A stretch of DNA of 64,000 bases from Truepera sp. (GTDB lineage Bacteria; Deinococcota; Deinococci; Deinococcales; Trueperaceae), in contig CBDCKW010000009.1 of assembly GCA_965218435.1 (NCBI GenBank), forward strand, positions 2,304,001 through 2,368,000, given 5' to 3'. Shown piece by piece: positions 1-9,835 of this stretch (position 1 is its first letter; the number at the start of each line of letters is the position of its first letter). A program made the translations under genes and the position numbers. The notes beneath the pieces are model-generated. The model worked only from the letters and a program-made list of their open reading frames with translations. It had not been told where the DNA came from and did not search any database.

Positions 1-738
1 GTAACCGAGGCTAAAGTGCCTGCAATTCTCTACTTTTACGGCGGCGGCTTCATCACAGGTACGGCAGACATGCAAGACGCAGCGATGCTCGAGCTGGCAA
101 GAAACAGCGGCGCAGTTGTTGTCTCGGTCGGCTACCGGCTGGCCCCCGAGCATCCGTTTCCGGCTCCCGTAGAAGACGGCTACGCCGCGCTCAGCTGGCT
201 TTTTCAAACTGCAGACGCTTTGGACGTTGACGCAACCAAAATCGCCGTAATGGGAGACAGCAGCGGCGGGGGCCTTGCCGCTGCGCTAACACTCCTCACC
301 CGTGACCGGGGCGAGTACAAGTTGGCGGCGCAACTGCTGATCTATCCGATGCTCGATCCTCGAACGGGGACGGCAGACGCGCCCGTTGACAACCCGACAA
401 CCGGCGAGTTCGTCTGGACTCGCAAAGCGAACCGCTTCGCCTGGACTGCGCTACGCGGCTCGGTACAGGTTCCGCTCGAGCGCCTCGGCCACTTTGCCCC
501 GGCGCTGGCCGACCGACTGACGAACTTACCGCCGACCTTTATCGGCGTGGGCTCGCTTGACCTGTTTCTCGAGGAAGATGTAGCTTACGCCCTACGTCTG
601 TCGCGCTCCGGAGTTCCGCTTGAGCTGCACGTCTATAACGGTGGTGTTCACGGTTTTGACCGTATGCCTGGAACGTTGGCCGCGCAGTTCACCGCCGACT
701 TAAACGCTGCCATTAGCCGCGTGCTCCCTAGTGGCTAA
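1..738 (+). CDS. Alpha/beta hydrolase, HSL-family esterase/lipase (5'-partial)
   Basis: YGGGF oxyanion motif, YRLAPEHPFP, GDSSGG nucleophile elbow, C-terminal HGF; the frame is open from base 1. Confidence 0.88.
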   Translation, partial: VTEAKVPAILYFYGGGFITGTADMQDAAMLELARNSGAVVVSVGYRLAPEHPFPAPVEDGYAALSWLFQTADALDVDATKIAVMGDSSGGGLAAALTLLTRDRGEYKLAAQLLIYPMLDPRTGTADAPVDNPTTGEFVWTRKANRFAWTALRGSVQVPLERLGHFAPALADRLTNLPPTFIGVGSLDLFLEEDVAYALRLSRSGVPLELHVYNGGVHGFDRMPGTLAAQFTADLNAAISRVLPSG

Positions 739-833
739 GAGGAGTTCCAGCTGCAGTGACTGCCGTAATCATTGAGGAGAGGAAACCGAAACTTTTCGCA
801 ACACCAGCCGGGCCGAACGCTTAAGCTGAGCGT

Positions 834-1322
834 ATGAACGCCCGTCTCGCCACTCTAGACGACGCCGCGCCGATAGCAGAGATTTACAATCAGGGTATCG
901 CCACGCACCTAGCGACGTTTGAAACGAGACCGCGCAGCACCGCAGACGTTGCGCTCTGGTTTGAAACGCCGTATCCGGTGGTCGTGGTTGAGGCTGAAAC
1001 CGGCGTCGGGGCGTTTGCCGCTACTTCACGCTACCGCCCGCGCGAATGCTACGCCGGAATCGCCGAGTTTATGGTCTACGTAGCTTTGGATAAGCAAGGT
1101 CAGGGGTTGGGTCGGGGGGCGCTCGAGGCCCTCTTCCCTATTGCCGCTGAGTGCGGACTCTACAAGTTGGTCTCACGTGTTTTTGTCGAAAATTACGCCA
1201 GCCGCCGCCTGCTCGCCTCGGTCGGGTTTCGTGAGGTCGGGGTGTATAAGCGGCACGGTCAGATAGGGGGCGAGTGGCGCGACGTGGTGATCGTCGAGCG
1301 GTTTTTAGATGAGAGCGCCTAG
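834..1322 (+). CDS. GNAT N-acetyltransferase, phosphinothricin/ArsN1-like
   Basis: IYNQGI..ATFET, YRPRECYAGIAEF, QGQGLG, N.ASRRL..GFREVG; TAAGCT lies 6 nt before the ATG. Confidence 0.82.
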   Translation: MNARLATLDDAAPIAEIYNQGIATHLATFETRPRSTADVALWFETPYPVVVVEAETGVGAFAATSRYRPRECYAGIAEFMVYVALDKQGQGLGRGALEALFPIAAECGLYKLVSRVFVENYASRRLLASVGFREVGVYKRHGQIGGEWRDVVIVERFLDESA

Positions 1323-1351
1323 TTAAAAGACCAACACACGACATAAAACCC

Positions 1352-2239
1352 TTAACCGCTCGGACTAGCTCTCAATTCTTCTGTTGCAAGCATGTCACCC
1401 GCGTCCCATAGCCTTCGTAGTTTGGCGAAAACGGGTAGACAATCGCGCTCACCTGCGCTCAAGGGCCGAAGAGACTCATAGCCTTGAATAAAGGCTTTTT
1501 GAAGCGCGTCGGGGGCATGATAAAAAGGGGCTAAATCATAAGCGCGCCAACCATACCCACAGTGGTCAAAATCAAACAAGGTTACTTGACCTTCTTGAAA
1601 GTGCATATTGCCAGGGTGTAAGTCACCATGAATAATGCCATATTCATCATTGTCAACGCTTAGACTTTCTACTGCGCTCACTAAGTCAGGGATGGGAGGT
1701 AAAGAGGCAAGAAGCTCTTGTCCTTGTTCGCTATTATTTTTTTCGATTAGTCTCAGTGGTTCATCCACAAGATATTTAAGGTTTAGGTGATAACGCTTAT
1801 GATTTGAAGAAAAGTCATTGGCGGCAAGATGAAAAGCGGCAGTGGTTTTCCCCACTTGCAAACTCTCTTCAACCGTAAAAGATTCCCTACTTGCTTCTCC
1901 GCCCGGAGCAAATGAAAAAAGTGCCGTGGCTCGTTTACCTAAAGCTGTGGGTGTCCAACCGAGTAACTCACCATTATTCATACGGATGGGATAAGAAACA
2001 GGAATATTTTGCGTCTGCAAATGGTCAAGCAGGTCAAGCTCGAACTGAAAGGCTTCAGGTGAGCCAACATAGTATTTTCCATTTAGGTACACCCTAAAAA
2101 TGTACTTCGCTTGCCCAACCATAAGGAGATAGTGGTCATTAAAACCACGTCTGATTAACGTGCAAGTTTGTGGTGTATCCAAAGAATAGTTGGCACGCAC
2201 AAGCTCGAGTACTTTGTCCGGTTCAAGTAAGGTATTCAT
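1352..2239 (-). CDS. APH/homoserine-kinase-type-II family phosphotransferase (AT-richer accessory gene)
   Basis: HGDLHPGN and FDFD motifs; start placed at ATG 2239 because of an AGGAG SD (ORF track starts at 2266). Confidence 0.82.
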   Translation of the reverse strand: MNTLLEPDKVLELVRANYSLDTPQTCTLIRRGFNDHYLLMVGQAKYIFRVYLNGKYYVGSPEAFQFELDLLDHLQTQNIPVSYPIRMNNGELLGWTPTALGKRATALFSFAPGGEASRESFTVEESLQVGKTTAAFHLAANDFSSNHKRYHLNLKYLVDEPLRLIEKNNSEQGQELLASLPPIPDLVSAVESLSVDNDEYGIIHGDLHPGNMHFQEGQVTLFDFDHCGYGWRAYDLAPFYHAPDALQKAFIQGYESLRPLSAGERDCLPVFAKLRRLWDAGDMLATEELRASPSG

Positions 2240-2364
2240 GGATTCTCCTACAGAGGATTTGGGCATTTAACCTAGTACTCGAACACACCCTCAGCTTCGA
2301 GAGCGTAGATACCTAAAAACGAGCCACCCGAAAGCAGCTCGCAATTCACTCGTTTCGGGTTTCG

Positions 2365-2715
2365 TTACACGCTCTTGGACAAATCTACCAAACGCTTAAA
2401 GGCGTCCGGGTGCTGCACCGCGAGGTCAGCTAAAATCTTGCGGTTGATTTCAACGCCCGATTTGCGCAACCCGCTCATAAAGACCGAATAGCTCAGTCCT
2501 TCTTGGCGAGCAGCAGCGTTGATGCGGGTAATCCACAACCGGCGAAAGTCATTCTTTTTGTCACGGCGGTCACGGTATTCGTAGTCGGCGGCGTTAAGCA
2601 GTGTTTGCTGCGCGATGCGGACGCTTTTCGAGCGCATCCCCCAGAAACCCTTCGCGCGTTTAAGGATTTTCTTATGTTTGTGGCGGCGAACGACGCCGGT
2701 CTTAGCTCTTGGCAT
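2365..2715 (-). CDS. rplT: 50S ribosomal protein L20
   Basis: [30 protein letters not shown]; position in the infC-rpmI-rplT operon. Confidence 0.98.
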   Translation of the reverse strand: MPRAKTGVVRRHKHKKILKRAKGFWGMRSKSVRIAQQTLLNAADYEYRDRRDKKNDFRRLWITRINAAARQEGLSYSVFMSGLRKSGVEINRKILADLAVQHPDAFKRLVDLSKSV

Positions 2716-2722
2716 CTACAAC

Positions 2723-2920
2723 CTACTCGTAAGGGAGCAGCACTTTGATACGCTTGGCGTCTGCTTCGGCGATGATGAGGCCGGTTCTGCCCTGACGGAT
2801 GCGTTTGCCACTTTTCTTAAAGTTTAGGTGGCGTTTCCCGCTCCGCATTGCCTTGACCTTACCTCGCCCTGTGATTTTGACACGGGCTTTGGTGCCCTTA
2901 TGGGTCTTTTGTTTCGGCAT
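2723..2920 (-). CDS. rpmI: 50S ribosomal protein L35
   Basis: MPKQKTHKG..RVKITGRGK..HL; operon context. Confidence 0.97.
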   Translation of the reverse strand: MPKQKTHKGTKARVKITGRGKVKAMRSGKRHLNFKKSGKRIRQGRTGLIIAEADAKRIKVLLPYE

Positions 2921-2946
2921 CTCTTCTCCTGGTTCTAGTTTTTTGG

Positions 2947-3501
2947 CTAACTGGAAGCCTGAACAGTTTCCTGCTCATCTTTTGGCGGCGCGACTTTTGT
3001 CGGGCCTAAAACCATGTTCATATCCATCCCAGCGAGGTTAGGGGCAGATTCAACGACTGCCATGTCGGAAACGTCCGCTGCGACGCGGTTCAAAATCTCT
3101 TGCCCGAGTTCGGGGTGCGTGCGTTCACGCCCCCGGAACATGATGGTGAGTTTGACCTTGTGACCGCCCTTAAGAAAACGTTTGACGTGGTTGACTTTAG
3201 TCGTGTAGTCGTGGTCGTCTATCTTGACGCGGAACTTGATGGCTTTCATCTCCTGCTGCCGAGACTTTTTGCGGGTCTCTTTTTCTTGCTGCTGGAGTTC
3301 GTAACGGTATTTGCCGTAGTCCATCAGTTTGGCGACGGGGGGCTGGGCACCTTCGCCGACGAGGACCAAATCGGTCTCGCCTTCGCGGGCCATCCGCAGT
3401 GCGTCACGGGTCTCAACAATCCCTTGCTGCTGACCGTCGGCCCCGATAAGCCGCACCTGCCTTACCCGAATCTGCTCGTTTACCTTCATCTCTCTGGCTA
3501 T
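2947..3501 (-). CDS. infC: Translation initiation factor IF-3, probable ATA start
   Basis: NEQIRVRQVRLI, MDYGKYRYE, KVKLTIMFRGRE; GGAGG SD precedes an in-frame ATA at 3501. Confidence 0.96.
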   Translation of the reverse strand: MAREMKVNEQIRVRQVRLIGADGQQQGIVETRDALRMAREGETDLVLVGEGAQPPVAKLMDYGKYRYELQQQEKETRKKSRQQEMKAIKFRVKIDDHDYTTKVNHVKRFLKGGHKVKLTIMFRGRERTHPELGQEILNRVAADVSDMAVVESAPNLAGMDMNMVLGPTKVAPPKDEQETVQASS

Positions 3502-3674
3502 AAACGTCACCTCCAAAAGTTTGTGCTCGGGCGTAAAACGCGCCTTACACAGCACGGTAGTGTAGCAGATTAGGTCAGCTTAAGCAACGCGCGAGGAGAC
3601 GTCAAAACTGTCTCGAGAGGCGGCACCGTAGCCTCGAGCCGAGCTTTTTAGTCAACGCGGCGTTAGGCTGGAAT

Positions 3675-4817
3675 GTGCTTATTTTGGCGTCGCTCACGCT
3701 TTTACTCTGGCTGGTCCTGACCGCAGATTGGCTTTTGGGTGTACGGTTGGTTGACCGCTTGGGCGCTTCAGCCACTAAGGAAAAGCTTCCCCCACTGTCG
3801 GTGGTGATTCCGGCACTTAACGAACAAAATGCGATAGAGAGCAGCCTCAGGTCGGTTTTTGCGCAAGACTATCCGGGGCTCGAGGTCATCGTCCTCAATG
3901 ACCGCTCAACTGACGCAACCGGCGCAATTTTAGACCGAATGCAAGAAAAATATCCACAGCTCCAAGTGGTTCGTATCGAGATGCTACCCGCAGGTTGGTT
4001 AGGCAAAAATCATGCGCTTTACTTAGGAGCGAAGAAAGCTAAGGGCGAGTGGCTGCTATTTACCGACGCCGACGTGCGGTTTGCGCCGGGTGCGCTGAGG
4101 GCGGCTGTGAGCTACGCGCTGGGACAAGACCTCGAGCACCTCACCGCCATTCCCCATATGACGGCGAAAGGGACGCTGCTCAAGTCTTTTGTAGCCGCCT
4201 TTATGCTCCTCTTTTCGTACAAAGTTTTGCGTTTTTCAGGCCGGTTGACAGACGAGCATATCGGTCTAGGTGCGTTTAATCTGCTCCGGCGCTCCACGTA
4301 TAAAGCAGTCGGTGGACATCAACCTATCGCCCTGCGCCCGGATGACGACCTGATGCTCGGCAAACTCGTGAAACGCGCCGGGTTTCGGCAGAGCGTTGTC
4401 TTTGCCGCCGATTTGATGCAGGTCGAGTGGTATGGAAGCGTCAAAGAGGCCGTTCGCGGACTTAACAAAAATGCCTTCGCCGGTCTCGGTTACTCGCTCC
4501 CGCTCGTGCTGCTCGTTGCCGGGACGCTTGTCGCCACACACATTCTTCCATTTTTCGCTGTTTTTCTAACGGCAGGCTGGACGCAGATTGTCTACGTGCT
4601 CGTGCTGCTCAATATTGCGTTCATTTATATGGTAGGCCACCGTTTTACTAAGCTTAGCCCGGTTTACGCGGTGCTTCACCCATTCGGCACAGCAATTTTG
4701 GTTTACGCAACGCTCGAGTCTGCTTTTAGAGCCCTCGGGCAAGGTGGAATTTTTTGGCGTGGGACGTTTTACTCACTTAGAGAACTGAGAAACAACAGAG
4801 TCAAAAACAAGGCGTGA
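3675..4817 (+). CDS. Membrane GT2 glycosyltransferase (CrtQ/HpnB-like)
   Basis: VIPALNE, NDRSTDAT, GWLGKNHA, FTDAD, C-terminal TM helices, WRGT. Confidence 0.85.
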   Translation: MLILASLTLLLWLVLTADWLLGVRLVDRLGASATKEKLPPLSVVIPALNEQNAIESSLRSVFAQDYPGLEVIVLNDRSTDATGAILDRMQEKYPQLQVVRIEMLPAGWLGKNHALYLGAKKAKGEWLLFTDADVRFAPGALRAAVSYALGQDLEHLTAIPHMTAKGTLLKSFVAAFMLLFSYKVLRFSGRLTDEHIGLGAFNLLRRSTYKAVGGHQPIALRPDDDLMLGKLVKRAGFRQSVVFAADLMQVEWYGSVKEAVRGLNKNAFAGLGYSLPLVLLVAGTLVATHILPFFAVFLTAGWTQIVYVLVLLNIAFIYMVGHRFTKLSPVYAVLHPFGTAILVYATLESAFRALGQGGIFWRGTFYSLRELRNNRVKNKA

Positions 4818-4860
4818 TGTACTGCGTGACCTCGAGCAGCTGGGGCTTAGACTTAGTCCT

Positions 4861-5676
4861 ATGCAACTAGGCTATTCCCCCTGCCCCAACGACTGCTTTA
4901 TCTTTTACGCCCTCGCCCACGGTAAAATCGCGCCGGAGCTGGATTTTGAGGTAAGGCTCGAGGACGTTGAAACGCTCAATCAATTAGCTAGAAGCGGCAC
5001 CTTGCCGGTCAGCAAAATCAGCTACCACGCATTTTTTCACCTGACGGACGCTTACATTATGCTCCGCTCGGGCGGCGCACTCGGATTCGGCGTCGGGCCG
5101 TTAATCGTCTCAAAAAAGCCTTTGGATACGCTTTCAGGTCGGCGCATCGCCATTCCCGGCGGTCTCACGACAGCGAACTTACTCCTCAAACTTTCACAAC
5201 CGGATGATGTTGAGTTACTTGCGTTGCGTTACGACCAGATTATGCCCGCCGCCTCAGCCGGTGAGGTTGACGCGGGGCTGATTATTCACGAGTCACGGTT
5301 TACCTACCCCGAGTACGGGCTCGTTAAACACCTCGATTTAGGCGCGTGGTGGGAGGGTGAGACGGGATTGCCGCTGCCTTTAGGCGGCATTATGGCCAAA
5401 CGTTCACTCGGAGACGCCAAACTAAAAGAGCTTGACGGGGCCGTCCGCGAGAGCCTGCGTTACGGTTACGCGCACCGCGCCGAGGCGCAGCCCTACATCG
5501 CCGCGCACGCACAGGAGATGAATGAAGGGGTGACGCAGCAGCATATTGATCTGTACGTCAATGAGCTTTCGCTCGAGGTCGGCGACTTAGGAGAGCGGGC
5601 CGTGGCCGAACTCTACCGGCGAGCAAGGGCGCGGGAACTCGTCCCGGAGGCGCACAAACCGTTATTCTTAAGCTAA
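4861..5676 (+). CDS. mqnD: 1,4-dihydroxy-6-naphthoate synthase (futalosine pathway)
   Basis: GYSPCPNDCFIFYAL, DVETLN, IIHESRFTY, LPLPLGGI, HIDLYVN. Confidence 0.93.
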   Translation: MQLGYSPCPNDCFIFYALAHGKIAPELDFEVRLEDVETLNQLARSGTLPVSKISYHAFFHLTDAYIMLRSGGALGFGVGPLIVSKKPLDTLSGRRIAIPGGLTTANLLLKLSQPDDVELLALRYDQIMPAASAGEVDAGLIIHESRFTYPEYGLVKHLDLGAWWEGETGLPLPLGGIMAKRSLGDAKLKELDGAVRESLRYGYAHRAEAQPYIAAHAQEMNEGVTQQHIDLYVNELSLEVGDLGERAVAELYRRARARELVPEAHKPLFLS

Positions 5677-5698
5677 TGACGCGTTTAGCAGAAATTTC

Positions 5699-6256
5699 GT
5701 GCTAGGGTTTTTACGCCAGCTGTGGGCGGCGGCTTCCGTCCCGAAACGATTTTTCGAGTGGCTCGAGCCCCAGTCCACCCGTACCGTGCGGGCAGGTGCC
5801 GCGGCTTACGGCAGTTTGGTCGTCTTGAGTTTCGTGTGCGCCCTCGCTCTAGGCCGAGCCACACGTTCGGACGCGCCACTGCTATTTATCATTTTGGCGC
5901 TGGTTGGGGCGACCAGCTTTTTTTTATATGCCTGGGGCTTCGGGAGTATCTTCGTGCAACGCGCCGGGGCGCTCGACCTGCGGACTTGGGAGGTGACCGG
6001 GTGGTGCTGGACACCGGCACTTTTCGGGGCGCTGTCTATGCTGATTCCGGCTTTTATCGCTCCGCTGCCCACCTTCTTTGTGCTGATATTTGGAGTGCTG
6101 GCGTGGCACCTCACAGTGCTGCGGGCGGGGCTGGGGGTCTTCGTCGGGAAGCGGGCGGCGCGGGTCGTGACGCTCTACGGACTTTACGTCTACGCGCTGC
6201 CGCTCGTCCTTTTCGGCTTTGTCGTGTGGGTCAGCGCACGGTTTAGCGGCTCGTAA
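5699..6256 (+). CDS. Hypothetical multi-pass membrane protein (Yip1-like topology)
   Basis: About 5 hydrophobic segments; co-directional and close behind mqnD. Confidence 0.6.
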   Translation: MLGFLRQLWAAASVPKRFFEWLEPQSTRTVRAGAAAYGSLVVLSFVCALALGRATRSDAPLLFIILALVGATSFFLYAWGFGSIFVQRAGALDLRTWEVTGWCWTPALFGALSMLIPAFIAPLPTFFVLIFGVLAWHLTVLRAGLGVFVGKRAARVVTLYGLYVYALPLVLFGFVVWVSARFSGS

Positions 6257-6267
6257 GGTGAGGCGTT

Positions 6268-6947
6268 ATGGACTTTACGCTTGACAATGTAGTTCCCTGG
6301 GGCCGTTCTTTTGCAGAGTACGTTGCGATGTTTGCGCTCTCACCTGAAGATTTAGAAAAGTCTATTTTGGGTTGTAGCGACGGTCCGGCCAGCTTTAATC
6401 ACACACTTACTCGTCTAGGGGGATGTGTAACTTCGGTAGACCCACTCTACGCGTTTGACGTGGGTCAACTCGAGCGGCGCATTGACGAAACTTCCCCTTT
6501 GGTCATTGCGCAAACCTATCAAAACGTTCATGAATTTGTCTGGCGCAGCTTCGCCTCGGTTGAACAGCTGGTAGACACGAGGCTTCAGGCGATGAAGCTG
6601 TTTTTAACCGACTACGAGGCTGGTCACGCTGAGGGGCGTTATCTGGAAGGCAGCCTGCCCACATTAACTTTTAAGGATGACACGTTTGAGTTAGTGCTGT
6701 GTTTGCATTATTTCTCTACAGCCAACATTTTTCTGCGGACTTTTACGTCCAAGCCGTTAAAGAACTCTTACGGGTGGCCAGCGAGGTGCGCGTTTTCCCG
6801 CTGCTCGAGCTGGGCTCGAGACCGTCGCGCCACCTTGAGGCCGTCGTAAGCGAACTCGAAAACAGCGGTTATGTCGTTTCTATCAAACAGGTAGACTACG
6901 AAGTGCAAAAAGGTGGTGACAACATGCTGGTTGTTACTACCCCGTAG
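6268..6947 (+). pseudogene. SAM-dependent methyltransferase-like gene, frameshifted near 6706-6712
   Basis: N-part VVPWGRSFAEY..GCSDGPASFN..LPTLTFKDDTFELVLC continues in another frame as LFLYSQHFS..ELLRVASEVRVFPL..YEVQKGGDNML. Confidence 0.75.
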
Positions 6948-6981
6948 ATAGGGCCTCACCTGAGACGATGTGCTGCAAGAA

Positions 6982-7008
6982 GTCGGATTTTGTAGTCCGA
7001 CATTTTTT
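6982..7008 (+). terminator. Probable intrinsic terminator
   Basis: GTCGGA..TCCGAC stem followed by ATTTTTT. Confidence 0.5.
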
Positions 7009-7033
7009 CATGACCTATCGCTGACACTCTATC

Positions 7034-7051
7034 CATAGACTGCGGTCTATG
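7034..7051 (+). promoter_or_regulatory. Probable ArsR operator overlapping the -10 (TAGACT) and start codon
   Basis: Perfect inverted repeat CATAGAC-tgcg-GTCTATG directly at the arsR start. Confidence 0.6.
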
Positions 7052-7357
7052 CGTTTAACTGACAAACTCAAAGTGTTAGCAGACCCGACGCGGTTAAGCA
7101 TCCTCACCTTTTTGCGCGAGCCTGTCCAGAGCTGCTGTTCGCGTGAGGACGGCGTTTGCGGGTGCGACCTCGAGACCTATTTAGGCCTTAAACAACCTAC
7201 CATCAGCCACCATATGAAGCAGCTCGAGGCGGCGGGTTTCGTTCAGGCCGAACGTCGCGGACGTTGGGTGTTTTACGACCTGCTTCCCGAAGGCTTTAGG
7301 GCCGTCCGAAGCGAGCTAAAGAGGTTTGAAGTCATCCCGCAGAAAGCAGGCGTTTAG
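7049..7357 (+). CDS. arsR: ArsR/SmtB family metalloregulator
   Basis: LADPTRL, CC..VCGCDL, QPTISHHMKQL, GRWVFY. Confidence 0.9.
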   Translation: MRLTDKLKVLADPTRLSILTFLREPVQSCCSREDGVCGCDLETYLGLKQPTISHHMKQLEAAGFVQAERRGRWVFYDLLPEGFRAVRSELKRFEVIPQKAGV

Positions 7358-7816
7358 ATGCGTCTGCTCGTCCTCTGCACCCACAATTCGGCCCGCAGTC
7401 AGATGGCCGAAGGCTGGCTCAGGCACTACGCGGCTGAACTCGAGCTAGGCGTAGCCGTGTTCTCCGCTGGAACCGAAAAAACCTTTGTCAAGTCCGAAGC
7501 CGTAAAGGTCATGCAAGAAGTTGGTATTGACCTGTCAGGTCACACTTCTAAAGTCATCCAAGACCTACCCGACCCGTGGAATTTTGACGTAGTGATGACC
7601 GTCTGCGACGACGCAAACGAGGTTTGCCCGGTTTATCCGGCTAAAACTGTGCGGTTACACGTTTCGTTTCCTGACCCTTCGGGTGAGCCGTTAGACAGGT
7701 GGCGTGAGGTGCGTGATGCACTGGGCGAAAGCTGTCAAACCCTGATCAGGACCCTTAAAGCCGGTGAGGTCCCGACAGACGAGGCGCTGACCCCCAGGCA
7801 GCTGCGTGAGGGTTAG
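7358..7816 (+). CDS. arsC: Arsenate reductase, LMW-PTP fold (thioredoxin type)
   Basis: CTHNSARSQMAEG, TVCD..CP, FPDPS. Confidence 0.9.
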   Translation: MRLLVLCTHNSARSQMAEGWLRHYAAELELGVAVFSAGTEKTFVKSEAVKVMQEVGIDLSGHTSKVIQDLPDPWNFDVVMTVCDDANEVCPVYPAKTVRLHVSFPDPSGEPLDRWREVRDALGESCQTLIRTLKAGEVPTDEALTPRQLREG

Positions 7817-7819
7817 GAG

Positions 7820-8509
7820 ATGAACCCTCGAGTCTGGCTGGCCGAGTTTATCGGAACGTTTACCCTGGTTTTTGTAGGGATTGCGGCGCTGGCTTCGGGC
7901 GCGGATACTTTGAGCGTCGCTCTGGCTTTCGGACTCAGCGTTGCTGTCATGATCGCAGCGGTAGGGGCCATCTCGTTTGCTCACTTCAACCCGGCGGTCA
8001 CGGTCGGGTTTTGGGTGCTGCGGCGAATCAGCCTGAGCGAGCTTTTCCTCTACTGGAGCGCCGAACTTTCAGGCGCAGTGTTCGCCCTGCTCTGTCTCCG
8101 GGGGCTGGTCGGCGTAGCCAAGCTCGAGCCGGTCAACTACGGCGCGACCCTAGTAGCCGCTGACGTCTCTATCTTGCAGGGCGCTGTAATTGAAATGGTC
8201 CTAAGCTTTTTTTTGATGTTCGTCATCGCTACCTGCGTCATCCAAAAGCAGGCGCAAGCAGGGCTTTACATCGGCTTTACGGTGACGCTCTGCGCGGTTG
8301 CAGGGGGTGCGCTGACGGGCGCGTCTATGAACCCGGCGCGGAGTTTTGCTCCGGCACTCTTTTCCGGCAACTGGACGCATCACTGGCTCTACTGGGTAGC
8401 GCCCATTATGGGTGCAGCTATTGCAGCAGTAGTCGCCAAATATTTGTGGCCGTCCGAGCCCGAACTCGAGCGTGCTCAAAGTCCGGCGTTACAACAGGTC
8501 GGTGACTAA
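7820..8509 (+). CDS. MIP/aquaporin family channel in the ars operon (AqpS-like)
   Basis: AEFIGTF, HFNPAVT and SMNPARS (two NPA boxes). Confidence 0.9.
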   Translation: MNPRVWLAEFIGTFTLVFVGIAALASGADTLSVALAFGLSVAVMIAAVGAISFAHFNPAVTVGFWVLRRISLSELFLYWSAELSGAVFALLCLRGLVGVAKLEPVNYGATLVAADVSILQGAVIEMVLSFFLMFVIATCVIQKQAQAGLYIGFTVTLCAVAGGALTGASMNPARSFAPALFSGNWTHHWLYWVAPIMGAAIAAVVAKYLWPSEPELERAQSPALQQVGD

Positions 8510-9229
8510 GGTGGCCTCAAGCGTATCCCCGAGCCGCAACCCTTGCAACGCAGCTTCTTCGTAAGGTAAGTACCCCGCGGCGCAGACTCCGGCAGCGTAC
8601 AAACCCTCGAGCCGACCTAGCGCAAAGGTCTCGGCGTTCCACTCCGCGCCCGCAAAACGTGTGCAGGTCACAGTGTAAGAGGGTGCGCCCCGGCTTTCAG
8701 GCGCTTCTAGCGTCACCTCATTAAAGGCAAACCCCAGGGTGACGAGATTGTCATAAAGATCGTCGTAGGCCATTTCAGAAAGTCGTCCAGAGGTTTCGGT
8801 CAACGTCCCGAGGGTCAGCCGCGCCCGTAAAAAGCTTCCGGCGCAGAGTGCGACGCGTGGCGCGGTGCGGTCCACGCCTTCCCAGGTTGAGACGCCGGTC
8901 ACGTGGCCGCCTCGCGTATTGAGTCCCATCACGCTCGACTGGAGGAGGTGTAATTTGGGTTCGCGCTCGAGCGTCCCTTTGGCCCGCCGGTGCAGGTCAA
9001 AGGTTTCTAGTGCTTGCGTCCGGGTACCGCAAAGTTCAACAAGGAGTGTCCCAGCAGGTGGCGTCAGCTCAGCTGCCGTGCCCGTGAGGTTATAAACCGT
9101 ATCGAGGCTGGTGGTAACGAGGAGGACGTCAAGACCGGCCCTAGCCGTCTTTAACGCTGCCTCGCTCCCAGTCAGGCCCGCCCCGACGACGATCAGGTCG
9201 TACTCGGAATTGTTAAACCCGCTTGTCAA
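8489..9229 (-). CDS. Short GidA/MnmG-related FAD-dependent oxidoreductase
   Basis: DLIVVGAGLTGSEAA FAD motif, GSFL, GRLSE, GLYAAG..YEEAALQG; only 246 aa. Confidence 0.8.
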   Translation of the reverse strand: MTSGFNNSEYDLIVVGAGLTGSEAALKTARAGLDVLLVTTSLDTVYNLTGTAAELTPPAGTLLVELCGTRTQALETFDLHRRAKGTLEREPKLHLLQSSVMGLNTRGGHVTGVSTWEGVDRTAPRVALCAGSFLRARLTLGTLTETSGRLSEMAYDDLYDNLVTLGFAFNEVTLEAPESRGAPSYTVTCTRFAGAEWNAETFALGRLEGLYAAGVCAAGYLPYEEAALQGLRLGDTLEATLVTDLL

Positions 9230-9231
9230 CG

Positions 9232-9813
9232 CTACTCTTCAAAACCGTCTAACAGCGGGAACGGTTGCCGCCGTCCGGGGGCGCGCAGGAGCAGGTGACG
9301 CCCGCTGCCGGTGCGCTGGTAGAGCAAAATTCCTTTGGGTTCCCCCAACAACTCCGTCGGCCCCGGCGCGTCTACCATCACCCGCAGGTGCAGCGGCAGC
9401 ACAGCCTTGGGGCGGCCTAATTCATACCGCTCACCCTCACCGATACGGTAACCAAAAAACACATCTGACGGCACACTGCTGTAAACCGCCGTCAAAGACT
9501 GCGCCTCACCCGCGCGGTAAAGCGCCACTGCCTCCCAGGTAATCGCCTGCGCTTCCTCTTCAGACAACCAGGTCACCTCGGCTGCGCCCAAATCGCCGTA
9601 AAACGCACCGGGAAAGTTTTTCGACTGCGTGTAAAACCCTGCGTCCCCGACAACGAGTTTCATCACGGCGTTACCGTAAGAGGTCCCCTGAATCTTGCCT
9701 TTGAGATAGGCAATCGCGAGCCCGTAACGCTGCTCGTGGAGCGCGGCGAACTCGTCCCAGTCGGGGTTGATCAGTTCGATATCGGTGTTGACTTCAAAGC
9801 CGGTCGTGCTCAA
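9232..9813 (-). CDS. Hypothetical protein (193 aa)
   Basis: AGGAG SD 7 nt before TTG at 9813; tightly packed between ubiE/menG and the GidA-like gene. Confidence 0.7.
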   Translation of the reverse strand: MSTTGFEVNTDIELINPDWDEFAALHEQRYGLAIAYLKGKIQGTSYGNAVMKLVVGDAGFYTQSKNFPGAFYGDLGAAEVTWLSEEEAQAITWEAVALYRAGEAQSLTAVYSSVPSDVFFGYRIGEGERYELGRPKAVLPLHLRVMVDAPGPTELLGEPKGILLYQRTGSGRHLLLRAPGRRQPFPLLDGFEE

Positions 9814-9835
9814 GGGGTTTCTCCTGAAGGTTGAG

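Noticed and set aside
3502..3555. ORF-track start of infC
   Set aside because: The SD position and family behaviour favour ATA at 3501.
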